Shown: positions 1 through 11,399 of the stretch, piece after piece
Layout of the letters: each line of letters begins with the position of its first letter
How positions within the stretch are numbered: position 1 is the first letter of the stretch
Assembly: GCA_047967505.1 (NCBI GenBank)
Contig: CM106538.1
Length of the DNA: 64,000 bases
Origin: Dipteris shenzhenensis
Lineage: Eukaryota
Direction: 5' to 3' (one strand)
The notes under the pieces: model-generated
What the model saw: the letters and a program-made list of their open reading frames with translations, nothing else
Databases searched by the model: none
What the model was told of the DNA's origin: nothing
Made by a program: the position numbers and the translations under genes

Positions 1-91
1 TTAGCAACAGACACACATAACAGTACGGGATGACCACCGCTCGAAAACCGTCCGTCGTCGTCGTGCAGTCCCCTCCAATTCGTAGCCTTGG

Positions 92-658
92 GCTCTGAGA
101 CCAAATGTTACAAATAACACAACTATCTATTCCTACTGCAGATCACGGGAGCAGCACCATGGATATCCTCCCAGCCAACCTTGCTAAAGCTAACGAGTAG
201 ATAGAGAATTCCGATATCAAAACATACGTGAAAATCCTTCTCTTCTCTCTCTAGCCTCAACAAGTCCCATCTCCCTAGATAGATCTAGATGCCACATGTC
301 ATCCATATAGGGCCTTCCTAATGCAACATTTCACCCCTCTCTTGGGATGCATTAAATCCTTTGCCTCTAGGCATAATCTTTGCATTAGGCCCTTAGCCTT
401 AGATCTACCTAGTCTGGTGCTATCAACCCTCACCTAGGACCTTGACATTAATTCCCTCCCGATCTTTTACATGAAGCGCAAACAAATAATTTACAAAGAT
501 AGATCCTTTAAGGGAAATGTCGACTGATTCTTTTGAGGTCATGCTACCTCGGCTAGAGCGTAACATTATTGGGCATGCTTGGACAGATGGTATCAGGTTA
601 ATCCACAGCATTGTGATGCCTTTACTTGTCAAATTTGGGTTGATCATGCTTTCACACA
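92..658 (-). mobile_element. LTR retrotransposon 5' LTR/PBS remnant (element continues off the left edge)
   Basis: GCTCTGAGACCA at 92-103 is the reverse complement of a tRNA-iMet PBS (TGGTATCAGAGC, 1 mismatch), followed 2 bp later by TGTTACA at 106, an LTR terminus. The far LTR boundary (~658) is a guess. Confidence 0.5.
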
Positions 659-1028
659 TTTAGATCATGCTCCTCTTTAGTTGAGGCTCTTTAGTTGAGG
701 CTTTCCTTACATGAATTCCTCACTTACAGATTGCCTTGCCGAAGGCTTTTGCTGATTAATAATAGTTATCTGGAGCATGTTGACTTTAAAGCCGGTCTCT
801 GATGCTATTCAGCGTCTCTCTCGTGAGATACACATTGGTTTGGATTATGCATGGTAGGCTTTTGTTGCTATCTCTGCATGACGCTTGTCATGAAAATGAC
901 TTAGATGTATCGTCTTTAGAGGTGTTTTCCCACTGCTTTTGATTTTTCAGAAAAGTTTGTTTTCCAGGCTATTCTCATTCGAAAAAGTTTTTCTTATTAT
1001 AAATACAGTGGTTTCACCAAAAAAAAAA

Positions 1029-1045
1029 GTGTGTGTGCGTTTGTC

Positions 1046-1130
<85 letters not shown>
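1029..1130. repeat. Compound (GT)n(GA)n(GAAA)n microsatellite directly after a poly(A) run
   Basis: Visible directly in the sequence. Confidence 0.95.
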
Positions 1131-1131
<1 letters not shown>

Positions 1132-2024
1132 TGGAAAGCAGGGCAGGAGCCGGGAGAGAAGGAATGCAAGGTGGGAAGGCAGAATGGCAAGGGGGTCGAG
1201 ACGGGGGCAGTAAAAGGCTGTATTCCATGTAGAGCAATATGGGTTTGTACAAGCAGTACGGACGAAGGGGTTGGAAGGGGATGGGATAGGGCACACCTAT
1301 GAGCAAAAAAGGGGTGGAAGAGAGGGATGGCTGAGTCAATGTAGGAAGGGACCAGGGGTGTGGGCTGAAGGAGTGTGAAATGGGCTGAAGGAGGCAGAGG
1401 TAGAGGCAGGCTAAAGGGGAGGCAGACTGGAGAAACACTGAGGGAGAGGCGAGTTGGAGAGGCGGGCTGGAAGGAGGTGGGATGAGCGAGGAGCACACTG
1501 AAGAGTCCAGGTTCTCAGATCCAAGAAGCCAACATTTCCTGTTGGGCAGCTAAACTCAAACTCTGGTCTGCTTTAGTAGCTGTTTGTCTTGGGAATGCTT
1601 AGCAAGCTAACACGGCATTTTAATGTATGTTTGCTCATGGAGAGAGTAAACTATCAAACCTCATAGCAGGTTCTATTTGTCATCTTCTAGAGTCCATCCT
1701 ACCACTCAGCCTAAAACATGCCTGCTCAAAGGCACGAATGGGGATTTCCTTATCAGATTTATCTGACTATTCCAATTGGGCCAGGATTTTCCTACTCCCG
1801 ACAATCTGGGTGTATGCGACTTGTAGCCTGAGACTTAAAAAAGTGTCCAAGGTGTCTCTTAATTATGTGAAAAATTTAATGAACCCTCTTGTCACAGATC
1901 TCAATATATTGAGCGTGTTAATATGAAAAACTTTGAAGTTATAAGAACTTTTCCAGGTCCATAATGTGTTTGTTCTGTGCGCAAAATCTACTTAATGTTT
2001 GAACCATTTTGTGTCTGTATGCAG

Positions 2025-5000
2025 GTTAACCTCGGAATGGTTATAAAGGATGACGCTACTGAATTTTCCGTACTAGTAGACCATGCTGTAGGTGGCTCAA
2101 GCATTGGAAGTGGACAGTTGGAGCTCATGCTACATAGGTCTAATCACAACATATCCTATTGTTGATCTAGTGTAAACTCAAATCACAGGCACCTAGATTT
2201 TCCTTGTACAATATGGACATCAAAAGCTTCATGTATATATGTAACAGGCGTTTGCTGCATGATGATGGGAGGGGAGTGGCTGAAGCTTTGGATGAGGCTG
2301 TTTGTTTGGGCAGTAACTGCGAAGGCTTGACTGTAAGAGATTTTTGAGACTATATTTAAATATATTTATTTAATTGGAAACATGTGGTAGCTGCTTCTCT
2401 TCTTTATACAGGAAAGAAAGTCAAGATATCCAAATTTACGTACTTTCAGACTATCTTTATGGATATTATGTGAAAAATTCTGGTATCTTCTTTTATTTAT
2501 CTGAGAAAGGAAATTAGGATGGCCGTTTATATTGAAATGCAGCATATCTGATTGTTGTAGGCCTTTGTGGAGAATAGAGTTGGAGAGGATAGAGTAGGAG
2601 AGGCTTTCATAGGGAATTGAGGAGGAGAGTGCTTCATCTATAGGATTTCTCTGGCCATTGAAAGATGGCCTAGAGTGCACAGTCTGCTTGTGCGAGTTCC
2701 AAGAGGATGACAAATGCCTATTGCTGCCCAAATGCAACCACAGGTCTCACACAAAACGTGTTGATATGTGGTTTCTGTAGCATACCGCATGCCCTATCTG
2801 TGAGAAGAGCTTAGAGACCCTTGGTGGTGTGCAAGAAAAAATTCATTTGCAGAGGGCTCCTCAATGTTTTTTCTTTGCCAGTAAACAGGTCAAGCTTTTG
2901 ATGAGCTGTGTGAGAGGAGGTCTGGTCTCTTTCGGTGGTATCACTGGATGACAAAGGCCAATTGTAACTAGACCAGCCACTAATTTGGCAACCTAGTTAT
3001 ATGTCCTATGGCTAGGGGCTTAGAAACAGCAGCAGCTAAGTGCAGAATGATGAAATGTCGTATAAACTTCATAATCCATGAGCATCAAAGTACAACGTAC
3101 CTGGAATTATAGGGAGAACAAGCGCTTGTGATGGGCTGCACAAGAACAGGCTAGGAAAAGACTTTCCTAGGCTAGGAGACAATCCTAGTTAGACAGCCAA
3201 GAGTTATGAGAACTCAGCTGGAGTGAATTGCATTAATGTTCATTCAAAGTTACGATGGAAAAGTACAATGGGCCCTTTTATATGAATAGGCCTAGGGTAG
3301 TCAAGAACCATTTGCTTATGGGATAACCCCCTATGATGCCACGTGGCAACATTTGGCTTCACCATTTAAAACTACTTATTACGTAAAGGACAAATAAAGT
3401 CAAAACTTCTAAGTAAAATTAGCCTTTCTTACAGTCCACAGCCCAAATGAAATTTCCCCTCAAATTTGCAAGGGTGAAATTTGCAATCGCTGGGCTGAAC
3501 CTCATGATGCTTCCTCGGCAGACCACAGTCTTTGTCCCTACAGACTCTGCGTTTCAGTCTGTCAAGGATGCGGAAAAGATGGAACTATTTCAATACCACG
3601 TGGCGATTCAGCGATTGGCCTTTGCCCAACTTTTCAACTTGAACGAGGCGATATTCTTCGCTTCTTGCTGGCAATAGCATTCTAGTAATCAGATTATAAT
3701 TTTACTTAGATGATGTAAGGATTATTTCCCCCGACCTACATTTTGATAGTACTATTGTTGTACATGGTATAGGCAGAATCTTGAACTACACCGTCTACGG
3801 CAACGGTAAACATAATCTGTCAACGTCCTTGTCACCACCCGCACACACCTACTAGCAGAAGCCGCGATTGCGTTCCATCTCCCTTGTTTGCACCACCTCT
3901 CCCAGGATTGACTGCTTCTCCTCCCTCAATAGATGACTCGGGCATGGACAATAATTCCGGAAAGGATCATCCGCCCCTGCCATTACCTTCTCGCTCTGAT
4001 ACCAATGTAACTAGACCAGCCACTAGAGTTTGGCAATCTAGTTATATTTCCTATGACTAGGGGCTTAGAAACAGCAGCGGCTTAGTGCAGAATGATGAAA
4101 TGTCATGTAAACTTCATAATCCATGAGCATCGAAGTACAAAATACCTGGAATTATAGGGATAACAAGTGCTTGTGATGGGCTGCACAAGAACAGGCTAGG
4201 AAAATACTTTCCTAGGCTAGGAGACAATCCTAGTTAGACAGCCAAGGGTAATGAAAACTCAGCTGGAGTGAATTGCATTAATGACCATTCATGGCAAAGT
4301 ACAATGGACCCTTTTATATGAATAGGCCTAGGCTAGTCAAGAACCATTTGCTTATGGGATAGCCCCCTATGATGCCACGTGGCAACATTTGGCTTCACCA
4401 TTAAAGGCTACTTATTTCTTAGCCATTCAAAGGCCAAATAAAACCAAAACTTACAAGTAAAATTAGACTTTGTTACACCAAGAAGAAGTGCGTAAAACTT
4501 ATGACTGCGGGTGTTGATGCGATACTACTTATGGTTTCATCGTATGCTATGGTGCAGTGGATCACACAGTGATGGTGTACCTATGGAATGGTTACGGAGT
4601 AGACCGTGGTGTTGGTGATGCTGCAAGTGCGGGACGGAACCAAAAGAAGAGATAAAATAAAATACAATGAAAGATCAATGCTTATGGTTGTAAGAACCAT
4701 AACAAGGATACATGTGCAAGAGTGCAATACAACAAGAATTGGACTTGCCACAATGTGACCAAGCCCACCAAGGTACCCAGGTCCACGTCTCGGATGGTAC
4801 AACGATCACTCACGAAGAATCCCCAATACGATAGGCAAGCTGGCAGCTCAAGCCTCTCTTTCTCACACACTTCTCTTCGTCTCTAAATGAATGATCCCCT
4901 TCTATCTTCATCCATTCTCAGTCCATAACTGATGTAATAGATAAGTCTTTTAAGACATTAGGATGGACTCTCAATCCTTAACGTCAGACATCTTTGTTTT

Positions 5001-8000
5001 GATGGACTCTCAGTCCTTAAGTGACTCTGGTTTTGTTTAGTCTCATAGACCTTTTGGTATTTCGTAGACTATAATACACTTTCTTTCTTTTCTTTGTCCT
5101 TTTCTTATCTCGATTGAGTGGCAATCTTTCTATTCGAAGCCACGATTCTCCACTCCCTCCATTTGTAGCCCCTTTAAACTATTATCTCTGAGCTGTTATC
5201 CACTCGCCTGCTCCTTGATGCCTTCCTACTATGCCCTTGCATCTGGAGACTTCACCATATAAGGTGATGCTTTGGCTTCTGCACGAGCACGGACTCCTTG
5301 GCGGTGTCATGACTTCTTCATGTAGAGGATATCATCCATGTGCAAACTCTTTCGGAATCCAAAGTATCTGAGTCTTGGTCCTCTTTGGCATCAATCAATT
5401 GGGACCCACCAATTGGTTGGCCCAATGCTCCTTCGTAGAATCTTCAATCATGGTGTTTTGGGTACACATGGATGACCTTGGTAAGGTACTGCATAGTATA
5501 TGTATATCTGTGGTTTGGAGAGAGGAGCATGCACGGCACATGTGGATACGAATTCAGCTTCCGGATGCTCGACCTATCTTCATTGCAGTGTGTTATTTCC
5601 CTCCAGACCCGTCATCCTATGCACGAGCGGTCACTACAGATGGGGACAGCCCATATGAGATGATTCATGATGACATCACGGAGTTCTCCAGACTAGGAGA
5701 CATCCTCCTACTCTGGGATTTCAATGCACGGATAGGAAAGACAGGTGGGCCTGCTTGACTTCACAGATGACTGAGATCCACACATCATCCCGGAGCTCAA
5801 TGCAACTGAGCTCAGGATACTTAGGCACTCTGCAGATGCCCCACACGTGACAAGATATGGACATCTGCTTGAGCTGGGCGCTATCCACAACCTTATCATC
5901 TATAATGGTCTCCATAGATGGACATCCTCTGGAAGACTCACTTGCTTCCCACATGGCGGTGGGTCTAGTACAGTAGATTATCTGCTAGGCACACTAGACT
6001 TTGTCTCACGGGTACACGACTTCGCCATACTCCCCCCCCCCCCTCGTCGAAGCTGACCATTCATACTTGGCCTTTCATATCTTTGCCACTATGCCAACCA
6101 CAGAGAGAGCACCTTCCACGCCTGCACGCATTCAGATCCACTTTGACTGTGCCCTTGACCCAGTGTACATGAGTCATTGGGGCAAGGGCACTACTGGAGA
6201 TGATACAGGCCTCGCCAGTACCTCCGACACCCTTGTCTCAATTGTACAAGACGCCGCCACTAGATCCTACTTGGAGATGATACAGATCTTGCCAGCGCCT
6301 CAGACACCCTTGTCTCAGTTGTACACCGCCACTAGATCCTTTCCCATGACCCGACCATGTGGATCCAAGATGGGAATATGCCTCAAAACCCTTGGTTCAA
6401 CGACGAGTGCAGAGAGGCGAGAGCCTACCTCACACACGAGCGGGCTTTGGGTCACCTGAGGTGCATAGGATCTTCCAACAATTGACACATCGTAAGAGGT
6501 GGGCTTTCCTCACACATATTATGGATGAGATTGTCAGATCTTTTCGAGGAGGAGACCCGACCACTGGATGGGGGTTTCTATAGGAAGGGAAACCACTAAT
6601 TCCCATCACTGACCCAGATATATGGCACACATATACATGTTCCCTCTATGATGTCTAGATGCAAACATCGTCAGATATGTCCTCTATGCCCAGGCCCACC
6701 ACCTGTCACTTGTTCACCACATAGAACGTACGAGCTGCACTCCGTCGAGTACACAATCGGAGAGTGAAGGCCATGAGGGCCTACGGACTAAGCACTTTGC
6801 ACACGGATAGGAGGTCCTAGCTCTGGTCCTAGCACTGATGTTCAACTAGGTTGTGTGTCATGGCTTCCCACCTGCTTCGAGCACCACCACCATTGTGCTG
6901 AGACGCAAAGCTGGAGACCCTATGGAGACTGGGATTACCGTACCCTCATCATTGGGCACGTTGACCAAGATTTATGGATCGGTTCTAGAGAGAGAGAGCT
7001 CAGCAGTCATACAGAAGCTTGAGGGCAACGGGCACTAGGACAAGCAAGATTCCGGAGACAACATTCTACCCTAGATCACATCTTCATTGTGAGAGATATC
7101 ATCGAGGAGGCGAGATCTAGACACCTGAAGATCTACACATGCTTTGTAGACTTTCGGAATGCATTTGACATTGTCCCACGACCCCGCATGATTAAGAGAT
7201 TACAGGAGATGTAGATCCCAGAGACACTGATATGGGGAGTGATGAGTCTATATGAGGCAGCCAAAGGCAAAGTCCGTGCCCCAGGTGGTCTATCGGATTG
7301 GGACGAGAGTACAATTTGAGTGAAGCAAGGCTGTCCCCTCTCACCGACCCGTTTTGGGCTCTACATTGATGAGATCATTTCTTTCATAGACGGCCTAGGA
7401 GGCGAAGGATCACCACGAACCGATCTTATGATACAAATACTGCTATATGTTGATGACATAGTCCTTAATTCTTCAGCAGAGGGGCTGCAGAGACATCTGG
7501 AGGCCCTAGAGGTGTTTTGCAGAGAGAGAGACCTGACAGTCAACCTTGGGAAGACCAAGGTTATGGTCCTTAACACCTCACACGCAGTGCTTCGCCGACT
7601 TAGTTTCCCCTATCGAGATGAGTTAGTGGAGATAGTGCTACACATATTTGGGAGGAGTCTTCACAGGACCCCGTTTCACTATGACACATGCAGCCCATGC
7701 ACGACTCACATGGGGGCGGGGTGCTTTGGCACAATTGAAGAGACAGTGCTTCCAGGCACACTTTTAGGACCCACTGACGAAGTGTTGGCTCTTCAATACA
7801 TTGCCTTAAACTTGGCAGCATTTGTTATGTGATGTTGATCTCCCTGTACAAATTTGTGCAAGGGTATACCTGCGATGTATCGAGGATACTTCATCTATAC
7901 CATGGAGGGGGGTTTGTTAGCACTTAGCCCTGGTATGGCCTTGTAGGCCAGTCTTAGTACTCAGTCAACACTTAGGTTGCCTTCACTGGTCAACCATATT

Positions 8001-9576
8001 GCTCCCTTGCATTCCACTCCGTTTCCATTGCTTCCCGCACCCAGCGGGGGGGGGGGGGGGGAGATTCACAAAAGAGGGGGAGGGTAGGAGGGAAGAGGGG
8101 TGTAGGCAAATAGGGAAAGAGGGGGGAAGGGCTGTATCGCAGATAGGGAGAGAGGGGGAGGAGATTTACAGAGAGGGGAGGCCTGTTTGTGGGCTGAGGG
8201 AGAAGGCAGTGTCCGTACGGCAGGAAGTGGGCTGGTAAACAAAAGGGTTCCGATTCATGTTCAGGGGCTGGCAGCAATGGAGAGTGGAGGAAAGCGGGAA
8301 AGGGGGATGAGAGCAGCAACAGCGGCAGCAAGGAAGAGTGGATGAAGGGCAAGGGGGAGAATTGAACAATGGGGGATATGGAGGGTGTGATAGGGAAAGA
8401 AAAAAGCATAGAAAGCACAAAAAGTAAGAAGAACAAAAAGCAAGTGCATTGAAAGCACGTAGACACCTCAAGAGAAAGCAGAAAAAGCCCCCAAGTGCAG
8501 ACCTGCAAAGATGTAGAAAAAGCAAGTACACCATCTAGGAGAAGAATGTGGTGTAAAACTCCACAGGGCCATTTGGAAATTGATCTTCCTCTGCACCATT
8601 TGGACTGTGGCACGCTACCAAGGCACGTAGACATGTGGTAAGGAAGCAAAAAGCCCAAGTGCACACAAGGATGGATGCACAAAAACAAGTTCACCACGTG
8701 GGAGAAGAACGCGGCAACCATTTGGGAAACGGGCGTCCTGCTGTTGACATAATAGAGTGCACGAGGAGAGTAACTCAAAACAAGAAAATGCTCAAGCACA
8801 AACGTGGATGAGGGAGAGAGAGACTCAAGCTTGTCCAACTTCTTAGATGGACTTCATTTCCTTCACACACACTTCAAATTTATTAATTAACAAGATGATT
8901 GGAAAATATAAATACATCACGGGCATAGTCTCAAAATCTGCGATCACCTTGATTTTGGCAATTCAGCTACTCATACAAATGCTTGGGGTCCTTATCCCCA
9001 ACAAGGATTGGTCCGCAAATCCAGTCACTTACATCTCATTGGCCAATATTTACATGCTTAGCCAAACCCATACACCCTTACGTGTCTTGTTTCCATCACA
9101 TGAGACATTCCAACATCCCCTCTCAATGCCAATAAATTTCACTATTTCCGCACTTTCTTTTTTGGGCAATGACCAGAGGAGAAAGGCTACAGCTCCACCT
9201 CAGTTTCCAAGAAATGAAAGGCAACTCATAGAGGCAGACAACCAGGTGGACCTGGTACATTGATAGGGACCTGTAGATTGATATGATTTCATTTCTGCTG
9301 TAAAAGGAAGATCTGACAGCCACTATGGTCATCAGCCTCCCTTGGATCTTGTGGTCTAGGGAAGAGCAAGTTGGGGCGCTGAGGAGGGAAAATCATTTGA
9401 AGATTTAGCAGAAAATCATCGTGGTACCTCTCTTTTTTCCCCCTGACATTTCGAATGTGCAAATACTGCAAAAAAAAAAGTATTTGCTGTTATTAGCAGG
9501 AGCAATGCCTTGCTAGAGTGCTGGGTTGGCAGAGTCTTGGGAGTTGTGTAGTCTGATTTCCCACATGTTTTTAAAG

Positions 9577-9625
<49 letters not shown>

Positions 9626-11399
9626 CCGCCCCCCCCCCCCCCCCCATCCCCCCCCCCCCCAAAACACACTTTTTTTGGTGAAATCATTGATTGATTATAT
9701 TATATGAGTAGCAACCTCAAAGAAAGGTGCTACAATTACATCAACTGAAAATTTCAGTATATGCCAAAAAGATCTCATGATCTATGCAGTGGGTCTGCAA
9801 GCAATCAAAGAAAGATTGCTGCAGTGAACGCCTAAAAAAGCCAAACAGAGAGAAAGTAGGATCACCAAAGACTTTACATCCCCCCCCCAAAAAAAACACT
9901 CCTTTTTTTTTTGGTAATATCCAGTGTAGTATATTTATATGCTCATAAATTTACATGATGGGAGGTCTCCGAAATGGAGAGTATCCCAAAGATCAAAAAC
10001 ATAAAAAGAAAAGCTCTATGCAAGAAGCATCCATATCACCCTCATGGCAGACATCATATAAGGATTGCCGCAATGAGGCTCGGAAAGATTCATATGACTT
10101 GTGGATCTGCCGACCCAAGTATGCCAAATCATGCTCACTTCAGATTGTCCAAAGAGCCCAATATCGCACCCAAGAGAGAAATAGTGAAATATCACCAAAG
10201 ACTTTACATCCCCCCCCACCCCAAAAACACACACACACACACACACACTCTTTATCTTTCAATCTCATGTAATTTCCACTCTCTAGTGTTCACGCTCTCT
10301 TATTCTCTTCCAAAAATCTAGACGTAGGCCCAAAAATGATGCAGCTTCATCCACTTGCCTTTTTTAGATTGAAGAAATGTCCTTTATAAACTTTCAAAGA
10401 TGTTTCTCATGTATTTTGAAGGTCCAAGGAAAATATTTTGTACATGTTGACCATGTCAACAATGGATCACGATGGCGTCGCTCTACTGGACAACAAGTGT
10501 ATTCTCCTTTGCAGCTTGCATTTACAAGCCAGGTAGATTACATAAAGAAGGCCATGCATTCCAAATATCGCCAATATAAGTCATTCAAAACGAATAATTT
10601 CATAATTTTCTCTGCATGCGTCATAACCTCATTACTTTTTTGGCAGAGTGAAGGAGAAAACTGGATTTCTTCACACTCTCCTATATTTTCGGCTATGGAC
10701 CCTGGTTATAACCTACCAGAAAATGTGGCACTTATAACCCTACAGGTGTACTGCACAAGACATTCTGAATTATTTGTTATCAATCATAAAGACCATCACA
10801 AAGCAGACGGATACCTAAAGATCTGAATTGCAATTTACAGGAACTTGATGATGGGGACATCCTGTTGCGTCTTGCCCACCTATACGAGGTAAAACTCTTA
10901 TTGTGGAAAGCATAGTGCGACAGTGGAAAGGGAAATACAAGTTCCTAACTCTCTTATTTTCAGATGAACGAAGAGAAAGTTCTGTCTACAAAAGCATCTA
11001 TCGATTTGAAGAAAGTTTTTGCAAATCAAGAGGTAGCACTTCTTTCATACCTCTTGCCTTGCATGTAATCAATTACTATGAGGATCCTCTGAGAGTTGGG
11101 AGTTCATGGAAAGAAATGTACCAGGGAAAACTAAAATATATTCCTGTAGTGGCTTGCTTCAGTCAATGCTAAGTTCTGATCTCAAGTGTGCATCGATGCA
11201 GATTAAAAGTATTACGGAGCTAAGTCTTTCAGCAAATCAAGAGAAGTCAGCTATGAAGCCCCGATTAGTTTGGAATATAGAAGGAAGTGATAATCATCAT
11301 CATCAGCAGCCACTAAGAGGGGGACCGGTTGATCCAATCCAATTCGAGGTTGAGCTGGGACCTATGGAGATTCGGACATTTCTCTTGAGTTTCACCTGA
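2025..11399 (+). CDS. Glycoside hydrolase family 38 alpha-mannosidase (vacuolar/lysosomal type), last 7 coding exons; 5' part lies outside the window
   Basis: GT-AG exons 2025-2137, 2248-2332, 10422-10532, 10647-10745, 10841-10888, 10964-11032, 11202-11399 splice in frame: VNLGMVIKDDATEFSVLVDHAVGGSSIGSGQLELMLHR/RLLHDDGRGVAEALDEAVC..CEGLT/VQGKY..RWRRSTGQQVYSPLQLAF../..YNLPENVALITLQ/ELDDGDILLRLAHLYE/MNEEKVLST..DLKKVF../IKSITELSLSANQ..VELGPMEIRTFLLSFT*. These are hallmark plant GH38 C-terminal motifs (ELMLHRRLL.DD.RGV, LLRLAHLYE, PMEIRTF). Confidence 0.95.
2658..2820 (+). pseudogene. ATL-type RING-H2 E3 ligase gene fragment inside the mannosidase intron
   Basis: Translates LKDGLECTVCLCEFQEDDKCLLLPKCNHRSHTKRVDMWFL*HTACPICEK, matching the ATL pattern C-x2-C..LLPKC-x-H-x2-H-x2-C-x3-W..CPxC. 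One Cys ligand is changed to R and there is an in-frame TAG at 2778-2780. Confidence 0.8.
2963..4477 (-). mobile_element. Non-autonomous (TRIM-like) LTR retrotransposon carrying a captured gene fragment
   Basis: Two ~470-bp TG..CA direct repeats (2963-3433, 4006-4477), moderately diverged. PBS reverse complement GCTCTGATACCA at 3993-4004 next to the right LTR. Flanks CCAAT/CCAAG (4/5 TSD). No gag/pol in the 572-bp internal region. Confidence 0.9.
3481..3960 (+). pseudogene. Fasciclin-like arabinogalactan protein (FAS1 domain) fragment captured in the LTR element
   Basis: TTVFVPTDSAF (H1), ELFQYHV (YH motif), then after a frameshift LLAGNSILV..*FYLDDVRIISPDLHFDSTIVVHGIGRILNYTVYG (H2), followed by a P/S/A-rich stretch. 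No introns; contains a frameshift and a stop. Confidence 0.8.
4616..5393 (-). mobile_element. Possible solo LTR
   Basis: Bounded by the inverted 6-mers TGATGC...GCATCA with LTR-like composition; no TSD found. Confidence 0.35.
5500..7800 (+). mobile_element. Degenerate LINE (non-LTR retrotransposon): AP endonuclease and reverse transcriptase
   Basis: Endonuclease motifs IFIAVCYFPP, DILLLWDFNARIG, TCFPHGGGSSTVDY; RT motifs CFVDFRNAFDIV, KQGCPLSPTRFGLYIDE, LLYVDDIVL, LQRHL..LEVFC..LTVNLGKTKVM. Many stops and frameshifts. Confidence 0.9.
8742..9127 (-). mobile_element. Copia-type 3' LTR with polypurine tract (truncated element)
   Basis: TGTTG (8742)...CAACA (9115) terminal inverted repeats around 374 bp, immediately followed by TCCCCTCTCAA, the reverse complement of the PPT TTGAGAGGGGA. 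Confidence 0.65.
9582..9660. repeat. (CT)n microsatellite followed by poly(C)
   Basis: Visible directly in the sequence. Confidence 0.9.
9670..10190 (-). mobile_element. Two tandem 5'-truncated LINE-like 3' ends with poly(A) tails
   Basis: T-runs followed by GGT(G/A)A at 9670 and 9903 (minus-strand poly(A)). The direct repeat ATCACCAAAGACTTTACATCCCCCCC..AAAAACAC at 9861 and 10191 flanks the second copy. Confidence 0.5.

Noticed and set aside
939-1498. Overlapping ORFs of 60-183 aa
   Set aside because: They arise from microsatellite and purine-skewed DNA lacking stop codons; no domain motifs.
7990-8838. 282-aa minus-strand ORF
   Set aside because: Low-complexity L/P/S/F translation of a pyrimidine-rich strand that overlaps an LTR end.
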